A stretch of 63,987 nucleotides of DNA, the filler included, from Atractiella rhizophila (lineage: Eukaryota), in NCBI GenBank assembly GCA_021432655.1. It is 6 parts of 4 records of this genome, joined end to end, with 100 filler letters (N's around TTAATTAATTAA, not from the genome) between each part and the next. Parts side by side here need not be neighbours in the genome. Positions count along the whole stretch, not along the records: positions 1 to 18,190 come from MU271569.1; positions 18,291 to 40,352 come from MU271569.1; 4 more parts are not named here. One strand, given 5' to 3'. Each line of letters begins with the position of its first letter. Position 1 is the first letter of the stretch. This document shows, piece after piece, positions 12,345 to 24,192 of this stretch. The notes beneath the pieces are model-generated. The model made no database searches, was not told where the DNA came from, and worked only from the letters and a program-made list of their open reading frames with translations. Both the position numbers and the translations under genes were made by a program.

Positions 12345-14543
12345 ATGTCGAAGCCCATGTCCACGCTAGAAAAGGACGAACAGGCTACAGAGCCTTCAAC
12401 ATCCGAGTCCAAAATCGAAGAGATCGCGGCTAAAGTGGCGGAGCTACAAGCATCAGAGGCGGCGGACGAAGGTGAAGAAGTATCAGGGGACGAAGAAGAA
12501 GAAGAAGCAGCAGAAGATGGGGCTGAGGGTCCGAAAGTATCGAAGAAAAAAAGGAAGGGAGTGAAGAAGCTCCTAGACAAACTCAGCGGTTCTAAAGAAA
12601 AGGAGCTCATCTCTCCGGAGCTCTATGAGAGAATTCTAGAGCAGGTGAAGCACGATCATGGGGAGGCTGCAGCTGCTGAACTTCTGGGGAAACGAGAAGA
12701 GGTCGCGGCTGCCTTGCAAGAGGCCGGTCTGAAGGATTTGGTGGAAGGAAAGAAAGGACTGGGGAAGGGAAATCGGAAGGAGTTAGGGGAACATAAGTTT
12801 TGGAGCACTCAGCCTGTGATGAAAGGCTATGGAAGTGCGTGTGCCTTTATTTTCCGCGGCTTGGGGAAAGGTGGCTCATTGTTTATGGATAGTGGGAGAG
12901 GACCGCAAACCTGTCCCAGAAGGACCGATCGAACCTAACAAGCAGCCACATGAGATCAGGCAAGAACCCATCCCTCTGCCTGGCGGATACGAATGGTGCA
13001 CAATGGACATCAACGATCCTGCACAGGTCTCTCTTCCTTCATGCATCCTGCATCAATTCGCTGAATCTGCCTTTCACACAGTTGAAAGAGGTTTACGAGC
13101 TCCTCACCGCCAACTTTGTAGAAGACGATGATGCCATGTTTCGGTTCGATTATCAACCTGAATTCATCTCTTGGTTCGTATTCTACTTTGCAAGGCAGAA
13201 AGCAAAGAAACTGTGCATTGCTTACTTTGATCTCATGTGTAGGGCACTCAAAGGGCCAGGATACGTTCCTGAGTGGCATGTCGGCGTCCGAATGTCTACG
13301 GGCTCTCGAAAACTTGTGGCATTTATTGCCGGCGTCCCTCTCGAACTTCGAGTGCGAAAAGTGTATGTCGCTTTCTGTCACCATTTGCAACGAGGATGTC
13401 AACGTCTTGGTTCACGGATGCAGCACGAAGCGTGCGAGTGAGATCAACCTACTCTGCGTACATAAGAAGCTTCGTTCGAAGCGCCTTGCTCCGGTCCTGA
13501 TCAAGGAAGTCACACGCAGGTGCAATCTGAAAGGCGTCTTTCAGGCTGTCTATACAGCTGGAGCTTTTCTCCCCACTCCCGTGTCGACGTGCAGGTACTA
13601 CCATCGCCCTCTGAACCCCAAGAAGTTGGTCGCTACAGGCTTCAGCAAGCTCCCAAAGGATTATTCCATCGCCAGACTTACTAGGAACTTTATTCTCCCT
13701 CCTGAGACAAAGCTTGCGGGGCTGAGAGAGATGGAAAGAAAAGATGTGAAGCAGGTCGCCAAGCTGCTCAGGTGTTATCTTGCAAGGTGGGCCATTTCCA
13801 ACACTTTGTTCTATTTGCGTTGACGCTTGAATGGCAATGATTCCACAGGCTCGACCTGGCTCCTATTTTCAGTAACAAAGAGGTGGAGCATTTCACTTGG
13901 GGAGGACGAGGGGCCGGGGAGATTGTGGAGGGACGTCGAACAGGCCAAGTAACGTGGGCATACGTGGTCGAAGACCCAACAACGGGGAAGATAACAGATT
14001 TTGTCTCATTCTACTCGCTCCCATCCACTGCGCTCCCTACCCCCGCACGTCCAAGGGCACAGAACCTCAACGCTTGTTACCTCTTTTATTACGCTTCTAC
14101 ATCGTGTCCGGCCTGCACAGACATCGAGAACAAGGACCCGAATAAACTTGAGACGATCAAGAGGTGGGATGAGGAGACGGTAGAAGAGAGAAGTATACTG
14201 AGCGAGAGGCTTAATCTTCTCCTCGAAGATGCCCTGATTATTGCCCAGAAGGTTTGTCCATGCATTACTCCGAAAACATCGTACTAAAACATCTCACGAC
14301 TGACAGGCTCAGTTTGATGTCTTCAACACCCAGACAATTATGGACAACAACCTGTTCCTTGAGCGGCAAAAGGTTCGCGGTTTCTTCATTCTTCAATCAA
14401 CGTTTATCGACTCATAAATACAGTTCCGCCCTGGAGACGGCGCTCTCAACTACTATTTGTACAACTACTCGACAAACCCGATTAAGGGAGGGGAGCCAGT
14501 CCACACATCTCCTGGAAGTGGCATCGGATTGACAATGCTCTGA
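12345..14543 (+). CDS. NMT1: Glycylpeptide N-myristoyltransferase
   Basis: [71 protein letters not shown]; ends GIGLTML. Confidence 0.96.
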
Positions 14544-14899
14544 AGAACAAAAATAATCAAACTAACCAATGTTTATTTAACAATCTCAAATCAACACAAC
14601 GAGCAATTTTCAAGGGCAGAAATGATAATCTTGGGTTGGAGAGAATCAAACTGTCTTCGTAACTTCGTAAGGGCGAACTCGTAGCCAGGCTTCCAGCTTT
14701 CTTTCTAACCGGCTGTCCCCTTCCCTCAAATGCTCAAACTTAAACAACATCAGGAATTTGAGATCCCAGATTGACTTTACTGCGGGTTGTCATTCATTCC
14801 TCTGAGACTGCTTCTGCTTCTTCTTCTCTTCTGTTTTATCGCAGTGCTTCCGCTTCAAGAATTGGTACTGCCTTGGTTCACTTGCTCCCTGACTACTTA

Positions 14900-17232
14900 C
14901 AGTAAAAGTCGTTTGAAGTCTTGCAACGCCGCAATTGTAGAATGGTATGCCCGGACACCTCACAGGTAGAGGTGCTGAATTTCGACTCAGGGTCCAGGTT
15001 CACGCGGCCGAAACTCACGAATCGAAGCTGCTCCATGTTATTTCAGAAGATGAGGAAAGGAGTAACTTGGAGTCGCAGGACGACTCAGAGTCACAGGAAG
15101 AGTCGCAAGGTGTGTCTCTTGACCCAGAACAGAGAGCTTTAGGGAGACCTTATGACAGAAGATTCCTCAAGTGATGGTTCTAATCTGGAAGAGGGTACAG
15201 ATGAAGATGAAGGGGAATACTTTGACTGGGATGCTTTTGGAAATGGAAGTTCAAAGTTCACCCTAGGAGTTTTAGGACGAGGATGCGCTCTGGCGGAGTG
15301 TCGAAGAAATTGAAGTGCAAGAAGCGCACATTCGCAACGGATGATCCCGACAGCGACTACATCGACGAGGAACCAAAACGGAAGAAGAAGAAAATCGCGA
15401 CAAAAAAAAGCGCCAGAGAGTGTTTTCGCTGCCAAAGTTGGAGAACTCGCTACAGACCATGCTGACGGTGATGACGGGCGTTGTGAGTTCTGCTCTCAGA
15501 GGTGACGAAGCCGGACTGAATAAAGCGACCGGAAGTGGCTCATCTGGACCAGACTGCGCTGGCAAGAATAAGGAAGGCATTGGCATTGGGAAATCATCCA
15601 GGCAAGTGTTGTCGGAAGCAGTTGGTCTATCGACTGAGTACCGAGTTCTGAGGTTAGGCACTGGAGAGGCTGAAGCAAAAGCAGCTCTAAGGTGTGTCTT
15701 CTATTTCTAGAAGTCAATGAGGTTGCTGAGTAATTTGTTAGAATGGCGGCTCAACTCATGGCTAAGCTATCCATCAAAGAGGCGGACGTTATGGCATCTG
15801 AAAGCTTGGAAGAAAAAATTCAACGCGCTGGGTGCTCTAAAGTTGTCATTGTACACAAGAAAGGTGGGAAAGTGCCTAATCAGGCCTGGGCAAACACTTG
15901 TGTTAGTGCCATGACGACGTGGTTCGATGTCAAATCTTTCAGCACTGCTTGGACTTACAAATTGGAATGGTATGTTTATTTTGTTTGTGGAGTGTCTTAT
16001 CAAAATTGCGACCCAGGACCTTCTATGGGATCGCCGAAAATACAGCTGCTGCCGCGTTGGCCTTCGAAATGGTAGGTGATCATCTCTCGGCATAACTGAT
16101 GAGTTTAGGGCGCGTCTTGTTCAGGTCTTCAATCTGATTCTGGAATGGGGACGCACAACCGTTGAGGCGAAAGGTAATCGAAACTCGTACTACTCGGGCG
16201 TCGCAGATGGCCTCTATAGAATGGCACGAGAGGATAAGTTGAATGAGGAGAAGGCGGCTGAGGAGGCGGAAAGGAAGGAAATGGCTGACAAGATCAAGAG
16301 AGAGGAGGAGGCTCGTCGACAGGAAATCGAACGATTGAGAGATTTGGCGCAGGAGCAAGAAGAGGCGGCAGACTCAAGAAGAGACGAAAAGGCTGACCAT
16401 AAACCTGAAGCGAGGAAGGTCAAAATAGAAGAGGATGCCACGATAGAACCCAAAATCAAGGCTGAAGTTCTCGACGGGATGGAAGGTCTTGCCTTTGACA
16501 TGCAGCGATCTCCGTCACCTGCTGATGGTACAATTCCGCATTTTGTGTCGAATTCCGAAGGCGAAGAAGAGGTGTGTCCATTTTCATGATATATTTCGTG
16601 ACTGAATAATGAGGTATCCAGGTGAATGCAGATTTTGCGAACGCCGAAGAAGACGAGGAGCTGGCAGACATTGACTTCGAAGCTGAAATGGAACGCTCTC
16701 GTCTTAACTTTCTGGAGCAGCGGAGGAAGGAAGCAGAGAAGAAACGAGCTCGAGAAGAACGGTTGCGAGAAGAAGAGAAGAGAAGGAAGACAGAAAAGGA
16801 TGCTTCGTTGAAACAAGAAGTCAAGCTTGAAGATGACCCCAAGTGGAAAAACTCTCAACAGCTGACGCTGTTCAGGTCGAACTCGGTGACTATTGCCGAC
16901 TCTTGGAAGGAGAGCAATAAAATCAAGCTGAGAAAGGGTCGAAAATTCACGTGTGTTCTGCCTTCAAACGCTTCATGAACCGAGCTAACAGCTAAAAGTG
17001 CACCGAAAATCAATCATGCTGCTTACAACAAAGGCAAAGTGCGTCTTCTTTTCACAAATTTTGGCGCTCGTCTTCTTATACCAATTGATCTGCAGACCGA
17101 CGCAAAGAAGATTGATGTGAGGAGACGTAAGATTGAAGCGTGAACCAGGTCTAATAAAACGGTCAGAAACAGAATTTTTGTTAAAGGAGCACAGATGCAC
17201 TCTTGCCCACTGAAGGAGGCTCTGTGGCTTAG
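14900..17232 (+). CDS. DUF2786-like domain protein with acidic N-terminus and central coiled coil (start not resolved)
   Basis: Spliced reading GEAEAKAALR|MAAQLMAKLSIKEAD...WFDVKSFST..KLEW|TFYGIAENTAAAALAFEM|VFNLILEW..NSYYSGVADGL; C-terminal AYNKGK|TDAKKIDV. Family recognised from memory. Confidence 0.6.
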
Positions 17233-18190
17233 TTTTCAAAGTCTCCACGACGGCTACTTATGTATGAAATTAGGATTTATTGAATTGTTTCGAGATGTAA
17301 CATTCAACACAGCGCAACTAACTTCCAACCTTTTGAATGCGAAATGAGATTCCGGAAGCAGTTCACTTTATACAGCACACGAGAGGAGTGAGATTTCGTA
17401 CTCATACTGTCAATAAACCCTGCCCAGTTGCGCAAGGGAAAGGCGAGAAATGCGTTACCGAAGAGTGCATCCTTGCTATAACTTTGATGCTAAACGACAT
17501 GAAATCATTTGTAGAAATTGCCGGAATGACAACATTGAACCAGCACTCTCAATGGATCTAGTACAGTAACGGTTCAATATCGTTTGTGAGGTTGGGTGCT
17601 TGTGGCGATTGGATTACGACGCGCCGTAAATTTGCAGAATCTAGCTAGTCTTGACTCAGCCGCAAGTGTGGCCAATGCCATGTAATTTGGTCAGCTCGCA
17701 TATCACGGCGCGGCATGACTAGTTCAAATGGGAGTAACAAGGTCCTATCTAGCGATTGGGTTTCCTTTTGGCTAGTGCAAAGTAGATTCCATTTCACGCC
17801 ACCTCAATCTCATTGAAATCAAGGGTTCCTCACCAAGATTCCTCACTTCACCCTCTCCGGCGCTTCAACCAACGTGCGATGACTTCACGACAGCCCACCG
17901 ATACCCGACAAATGGCATTCTGAAGCATCTCACTTCCGCTGAGGTTGATTAGCAATGTGATGAAGCATAAAATTGGCTCTGGAATTCGGTGGTGACAACC
18001 AAGCTCTTGACGAAATCTGGCCGGGATGTGGCCGGGTTTGTCCGAAGAGATACAAAAAGACCCGATTGATGCGGTCAAAGTTGCAAAAACCAGAAATCAA
18101 CCAACTGCCATCTCTCTCATCAGAATCCGCACAATCATCTAAATATTGCGCAAAATGGTCGCTCACATTGGAATCAACGGGTTCGTAAAC

Positions 18191-18290
18191 NNNNNNNNNN
18201 NNNNNNNNNNNNNNNNNNNNNNNNNNNNNNNNNNTTAATTAATTAANNNNNNNNNNNNNNNNNNNNNNNNNNNNNNNNNNNNNNNNNNNN
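18191..18290. other. Artificial contig spacer (44 N + TTAATTAATTAA + 44 N)
   Basis: Exact 100-bp six-frame-stop linker, repeated five times in the window. Confidence 0.99.
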
Positions 18291-18614
18291 ACAAAAAGGA
18301 TGGGAAAGATGAGGTGATATGGGCAGGAGAATTCATATTTCGTCAGCTGGAAGGTTCAACAGAAGATGAACCACAATACTCTATGGTCTTGGACAATGAT
18401 TCCGGTGAGTAATGAGTGTCGGATGAGATGTTGATAGTCAAACAAATCACCCTGTTCAGGTACTTACTCGCCGTCGAAAGATCAGATCGACACCTTCAAA
18501 GAGTTCATGCAAAGCAACATGCGTGGGATCAAAGTCTTAGTGAAGGATTTCAAAGATCCTCAGCTGAAAGTGTGGAAAAAGGATACCCAAAAGGATGCGG
18601 ATGCAAAGAAGTGA
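18291..18614 (+). CDS. 3' end of a conserved fungal protein with a DNDSGTY motif (family often carries a C2 domain); truncated by the gap
   Basis: VIWAGEFIFRQL...MVLDNDSG|TYSPSKDQIDTFKEFM; GT-AG intron ~18405-18459; TGA at 18612-18614. Confidence 0.55.
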
Positions 18615-18887
18615 TAGTAGACGAGCTGAAGACCCACACATATATAAGTTATTAGCAATTATAATGTCTTTGAATTGCAGGTATTGTCTTGTACAAGGAC
18701 GATGATGCATTCCAATGAACGAGCAAGAGATGAAGATTAGAAACAATGGCGCACTGATAAGAATAATGCGAAACAAACTTGATACTGGATTAACTGGAAT
18801 CCATTTAGAAGGAGAACCATGGCGAAAGAGCGCACGCGAACGATCAAGTCCAAAAATTGAAGAGTTACCCCAACGAAGAATGGGAAA

Positions 18888-21800
18888 TCAATTCCCAGCT
18901 GGATCACGTAACCTTGCCTTGAGACGGCTTGCCTCTCCAGGTTTTAGTTTTGGACGACTCCCAGTTGATTGAGAAGGTATAGGCTGATTGCTAGTTGAGG
19001 TTTTGAGCACAGGAGGTACCGGTGGGACATCTGGTACGTCTGACTGTTCGTCGTCTCTTTCGTATTTCCCTCCATAGTACGAAGCAAAAGAAAGAACCCT
19101 TTGAGAGCGGTCGTCGTCGTAGAAAGAAGATGCGGCAACAGAAACGGTGCGATCTTGTGCTTCACTCCCCTTTGATTTGAGGAATCGAAATCTCGGTTCC
19201 TCTGTATCAGAGGTATCAGCAAGGTAGAATGGGTTGGCATCTCTGTCGAACTCGTCGGATTGGCGCTGGCTGGATATCGCACCATTGTTATCCTGGGTAA
19301 AGATATCAGATACGGGCGTTCTATGGGAAATGAAACACAAACCTGCCATGAGTTTACGCGGTCGGGTTCGCCTGCAAAAACGATGGATTCGGGGGGAACT
19401 GGCACAGGAGGAACTGGAGAGGCAGCCACTGGTCGTTTCGCTTTCCGATTCTTGCCATATTTGAGTGGCACTGCGGATTCGAGCATGGGGTCTAGGACAG
19501 AGTCGACTGATACGGAGCGTGACAAGTTTCTTGAACCCATTTCTTTCTCTTGAGATTTACGGGAGTCTGACGAGATTCGGTTGCTGTGTTCCCCAGACTG
19601 ACGGGAGCTACTTGCAGCAGGCTGTACTGGAGCGCGCGAACGATCGAAATCGCCCTGTTCTGGACGAGTACGATACCTCTGCTCCGTAGATGGTAAGTTT
19701 GATGGAGGAGAAGGGAAGGAGGAAGCAAGAATCGGTTCTTGAGATCGTTTACGACTTGTAGAAGCGGGTACACCATTGAGCGACTCCTGGACGGATGGCA
19801 TTTGTCTTATCTGCGGCGATGCTATGGTAGTCGGTGGGCTTGTAGGAGCTGATGAAGGGCTGGAGGTGAGATCAAAATCCATGGAATGTCGATTGTCTGA
19901 ACCAGGACCAGATTCCGGCCCAGAATCGTCAATAGCATATCGCCAATTTTCAATCCTTGCAATTCTAGAACCTGTCTTCTTTCCACGGTTAGCACGCAGT
20001 TTTCGATCTGTCGAATCCATCTTGAACATGTCTTTCTGGATAGCTTGCATTGCTCGTTCAGCAAGAGCCTTTTCTCCCACAAACGGGCCCGAAGCTTCGC
20101 CGTCTATTTTCCTGGCTGCATCTCTCTGCTCCTCATTTTGCTCCTTCTCTGTAGTCTTGACTCGTTCTGGTGACTTGGTCTTCGAGTCGAACATCGGACT
20201 TCGGCTGCGTACTCGAGACATCTCTCTTTCTTCAGGAGATAATGCAGATGCCGGAGTCACTGGACGCGAGTGTAAGTCCTGCCTCTCCTCTCTCCTCTCC
20301 TCCCTGTCACGCTTCATCCTCTCCTTCTCTGGTTTAGGCTTTCGCAGCTTCCCAACAGACCCCTTATTAGACAGTTCTTTAGGCCGTGATTCTGCTCTCG
20401 AGCCATTTCCATCCCTGGAAGCAATGCCATCTCTAGAAGCCAACCCATCCCGAGACCCTAATCGGGAGGGAGGGTCAAAGGTACGACTGGTTGGAAGGGT
20501 ACCATCAGGCAATGGCACGACATTGGTAGGTCGCGGTCTGGGTATGGGCATCTCGCGAGGATTTTCGAAGGCCTGAGGATCGTATGGTGGCATATCAAAA
20601 TCCATGGAATGTCGATTGTCTGAACCAGGACCAGATTCCGGCCCAGAATCGTCAATAGCATATCGCCAATTTTCAATCCTTGCAATTCTAGAACCTGTCT
20701 TCTTTCCACGGTTAGCACGCAGTTTTCGATCTGTCGAATCCATCTTGAACATGTCTTTCTGGATAGCTTGCATTGCTCGTTCAGCAAGAGCCTTTTCTCC
20801 CACAAACGGGCCCGAAGCTTCGCCGTCTATTTTCCTGGCTGCATCTCTCTGCTCCTCATTTTGCTCCTTCTCTGTAGTCTTGACTCGTTCTGGTGACTTG
20901 GTCTTCGAGTCGAACATCGGACTTCGGCTGCGTACTCGAGACATCTCTCTTTCTTCAGGAGATAATGCAGATGCCGGAGTCACTGGACGCGAGTGTAAGT
21001 CCTGCCTCTCCTCTCTCCTCTCCTCCCTGTCACGCTTCATCCTCTCCTTCTCTGGTTTAGGCTTTCGCAGCTTCCCAACAGACCCCTTATTAGACAGTTC
21101 TTTAGGCCGTGATTCTGCTCTCGAGCCATTTCCATCCCTGGAAGCAATGCCATCTCTAGAAGCCAACCCATCCCGAGACCCTAATCGGGAGGGAGGGTCA
21201 AAGGTACGACTGGTTGGAAGGGTACCATCAGGCAATGGCACGACATTGGTAGGTCGCGGTCTGGGTATGGGCATCTCGCGAGGATTTTCGAAGGCCTGAG
21301 GATCGTATGGTGGCATGTTAGGAGGCTTTGGCGGGGCTGTCAAAGGAGGAGGAGGACGGGTGGACGACGGTTCATTTTCGCTGATAGCTGGTAATGGTGA
21401 CGGCTGTCTTGAACGGGAAGGCTGAAAGAGATAGTTTCAGACAATGCAGGACTGGTAGAAGAGATTGTTCTTACGTTGCGAGAGAAGGCAGGACTTGGTC
21501 CATTGCCTGCTCCAAAAACTGGCTGAGGATAAGATGGTACTTTGGGCATTTCTTCCTTCTCAATTTCGTTCCACTTCACTTCCACACCCTTCAACAACGT
21601 ATTCACCGAGAATCGTGGTCCCTGTGAGATTTCAAGACCGATATTCGGAAGCTCGAGAGGTTGAGGAGGGAGAACTGGAACGGGAGGAGGGGATTCAGCT
21701 TTCTTGCGACTGAAGAACCCGCGCTTCTTCTTCTTCTTCGCCTTCCCTTCTCCATCCGACACAAAGCCATCACTCTCACTCATTATCCCTCCAGTGGCAT

Positions 21801-23196
21801 CCACCTTAATCTTCATCTTGCTAGACTTGAAATCCTCTGAATCAGACTTCGAACCTGAACCTTGAGAACGCAACGGACTCGCAGACCGAAAGGCTTGCAT
21901 TCGCGCCGTGTCCTCCACTGCAACTTTGGTGTTATACGAAGCGATCATATCTTTCAGCTGATCATTGAGCGACCTATCACTGGCTGTGGATTTAGGGTCT
22001 TCAACGGCTCGGAGACTGTTGAAAGCTCGAGGTTGAGGAGCGCCGGTAGTGGAAGGCCATGCGCCAGGCCGCAGGAAGGATTGTTCAACTGGAGCGGGAG
22101 ACGTGACGGCGACTTTCGGGGCGTACTCAGCATTGTCAGAAGTGATGGCGTATCCTGGTTCGACCGCTTGAGACACGACAGCGACACCTTGGCGGATGGC
22201 GGGAACATTGAGCTTGCCGACGTCGTGGACGCTGTGGACGCTTGGGTTTTGAGAGTGAGTCGGAGGGGCGGAGGTGACGGGACTTGGCATGGGAGAGAAG
22301 TTTAGAAATGAAAATTGATCTTGGGTTGCTTTCTTGGGGATTGATGGAACCGGTGGTGGCTGGGTGGAGGCAGACTGAATTTCGGAGATTAAGAGACTGA
22401 TCGTCTGCGGAGCAGAGACTATGGATGCAGGGGTAGTCGTCTGAGCTCTGGTAGATGGTTTTCGTCCAAAGGCTATAGGTTTGACAGGTGATGGCGGTGG
22501 GGAATCTTCATCGTTGACGGTAACTTTGGTAGAGAAGTTCGGGCCTCGTTGTTCATCAGTGGGAGGGACGGGTGTTGGTGGCCCGAATGCTTCCCGCTGC
22601 TCCATGATGGCCACCCTCAAGGCGTTTGCTTGCGCAAATGAGTTGTTCGTCTCTCTGCCATCGACTACAGATTGTTCGGTCGGAGGAGAGATGGCGACTC
22701 GAGAACGATGCATCTGGTGAGAACTTTCGGATGAGGCGCTTCCATAAATTTCGTGTGATCCGTCGATGGAGGAAGATATCGATGGCGTGAACTTGACCTT
22801 CTTCTTTCTCGAACCAGACGAAGAAAGAGAAGTCGCTCCTCCCATCCTCCCATGATCTTCATGCGACTGCGACATGGAATCTGCGACACTGTATCCACCC
22901 TCGCTCTCTCCCGTCCCAGGCCTCTTCATCCCCGGCTTTTGTGGCATGGGACGCGTCTTGCTCTTTCCCAACCTTTCTAGGTTCGGCATAGGCTCTCGGA
23001 TATAGCTGTCTTCGCTCGAGACTTCGCTCAGAGTCTCTGATAACTCTGGCGCACGTCTGAGGTACACAGAAGGGTATTTAGGATACGATCCTTGGGGTGG
23101 TGCCATGGCGGCGGAGGTGGGAGTTTCGGAGCGTTCGGAGGGGAGAGGAGAGGGGGTTTGAGCGTTTCGAACGGCGGCGTAGGGATGAGAAAACAT
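18888..23196 (-). CDS. Large Ser/Pro-rich, probably disordered hypothetical protein (3 exons) with an internal 241-aa exact duplication
   Basis: ORFs 21340-23214, 18944-21343 and 18888-19349 are joined in frame by GT-AG introns (~21422-21474 and ~19294-19343). No recognisable domain. Confidence 0.75.
19871..21316. repeat. Perfect head-to-tail tandem duplication, 2 x 723 bp
   Basis: 19871-20593 and 20594-21316 appear identical by eye and in translation. Confidence 0.97.
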
Positions 23197-24192
23197 TGGT
23201 ATTAAAATATCCAATCCGTGCTGAAGGATGGACTATATAGAAAACAGAAGCGTCAACATTCTGTAATCAACGTCATTGAGGGCTTTCCCACGAATTTGCG
23301 TGTAGAAGACACTTTTCTCTAAAATGCGTTTCCCTCGTAACAGAGAGCATTCATATACTCTGACACTGCGAACCCGTAGCCAGAAGTCATTATGCTCACC
23401 TGAAATAGATGTTACTGTGCCTCCTGCATATCCTACTCAACGACGTTGGGCGAGTTTCGATGTATACTCCGCCACAACCTTCCCAATAAGCACGTAGCCC
23501 TCTGACACCTGGTCTGCGGACTTGCAACTGTCCTAATGTAATATGAGAATGAAGATATTTTGTGCGCCCGGAACTGCGTCACTGCGCCAAGGAATTTCGG
23601 AGTCGTTCGAGTATAAGGAAACTGGAAGCTGGCGTGGAAGGCAGCCTGCGCAAAACGCTGGGATGGTGGATGTTCAGTGAAAAGACAAAAAGAAGGGAAG
23701 GGTCAGAATTAGACGTTGCCGTTGGCTTTGCCTTTCTGGATCTCGTGTTTCAGCTTGTCGATCTTTAACATGCAAACAAGGAACACAGCCACTGTTATTG
23801 ATGATATTGATTTCTTCTCAAAGCTTATACAGTGAATGATCACCCCAGTTCCTCTTGGAACTCCCGCAGGTTTTTCTTGTCCCAGCTTCTGATAGCCAGA
23901 TAGATACTTGAACAATGGAAGACCCCGTCACTTCCATCCAAACAGGGTTCGGACTTTTTGTTACCAATCAGCAGAATATTCCAGAGGCCGGTGTGGCAAA
24001 TGTCGCGTAGCTTGCGCCATGAATCAAGGTGTAAGGTTCTCTATTGCCCCATAAAAGGTCCACTGTGGACGAAATAGCTGCCAAGCAATAAATCACGGGA
24101 TCATAACACTCAGACTAGAGTCGAAACTACAAGCGTAGTGAAAGTCACCTCAGCAACGAGCAAGGAGCATCAAGAATTGAATTCCCAGGAAA

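Noticed and set aside
17760..17790. CCTTTTGGCTA, resembling U2 snRNA stem I
   Set aside because: No branch-pairing GTGTAGTA or other U2 features follow.
18191..18290. TTAATTAATTAA palindrome flanked by Ns, occurring five times
   Set aside because: Synthetic six-frame-stop linker. Genes are cut at these points and do not resume, so it is neither biology nor evidence of synteny.
21340..21474. Apparent frameshift between the 624-aa and 799-aa ORFs
   Set aside because: Explained by a GTAAG...TTTCAG intron at ~21422-21474.
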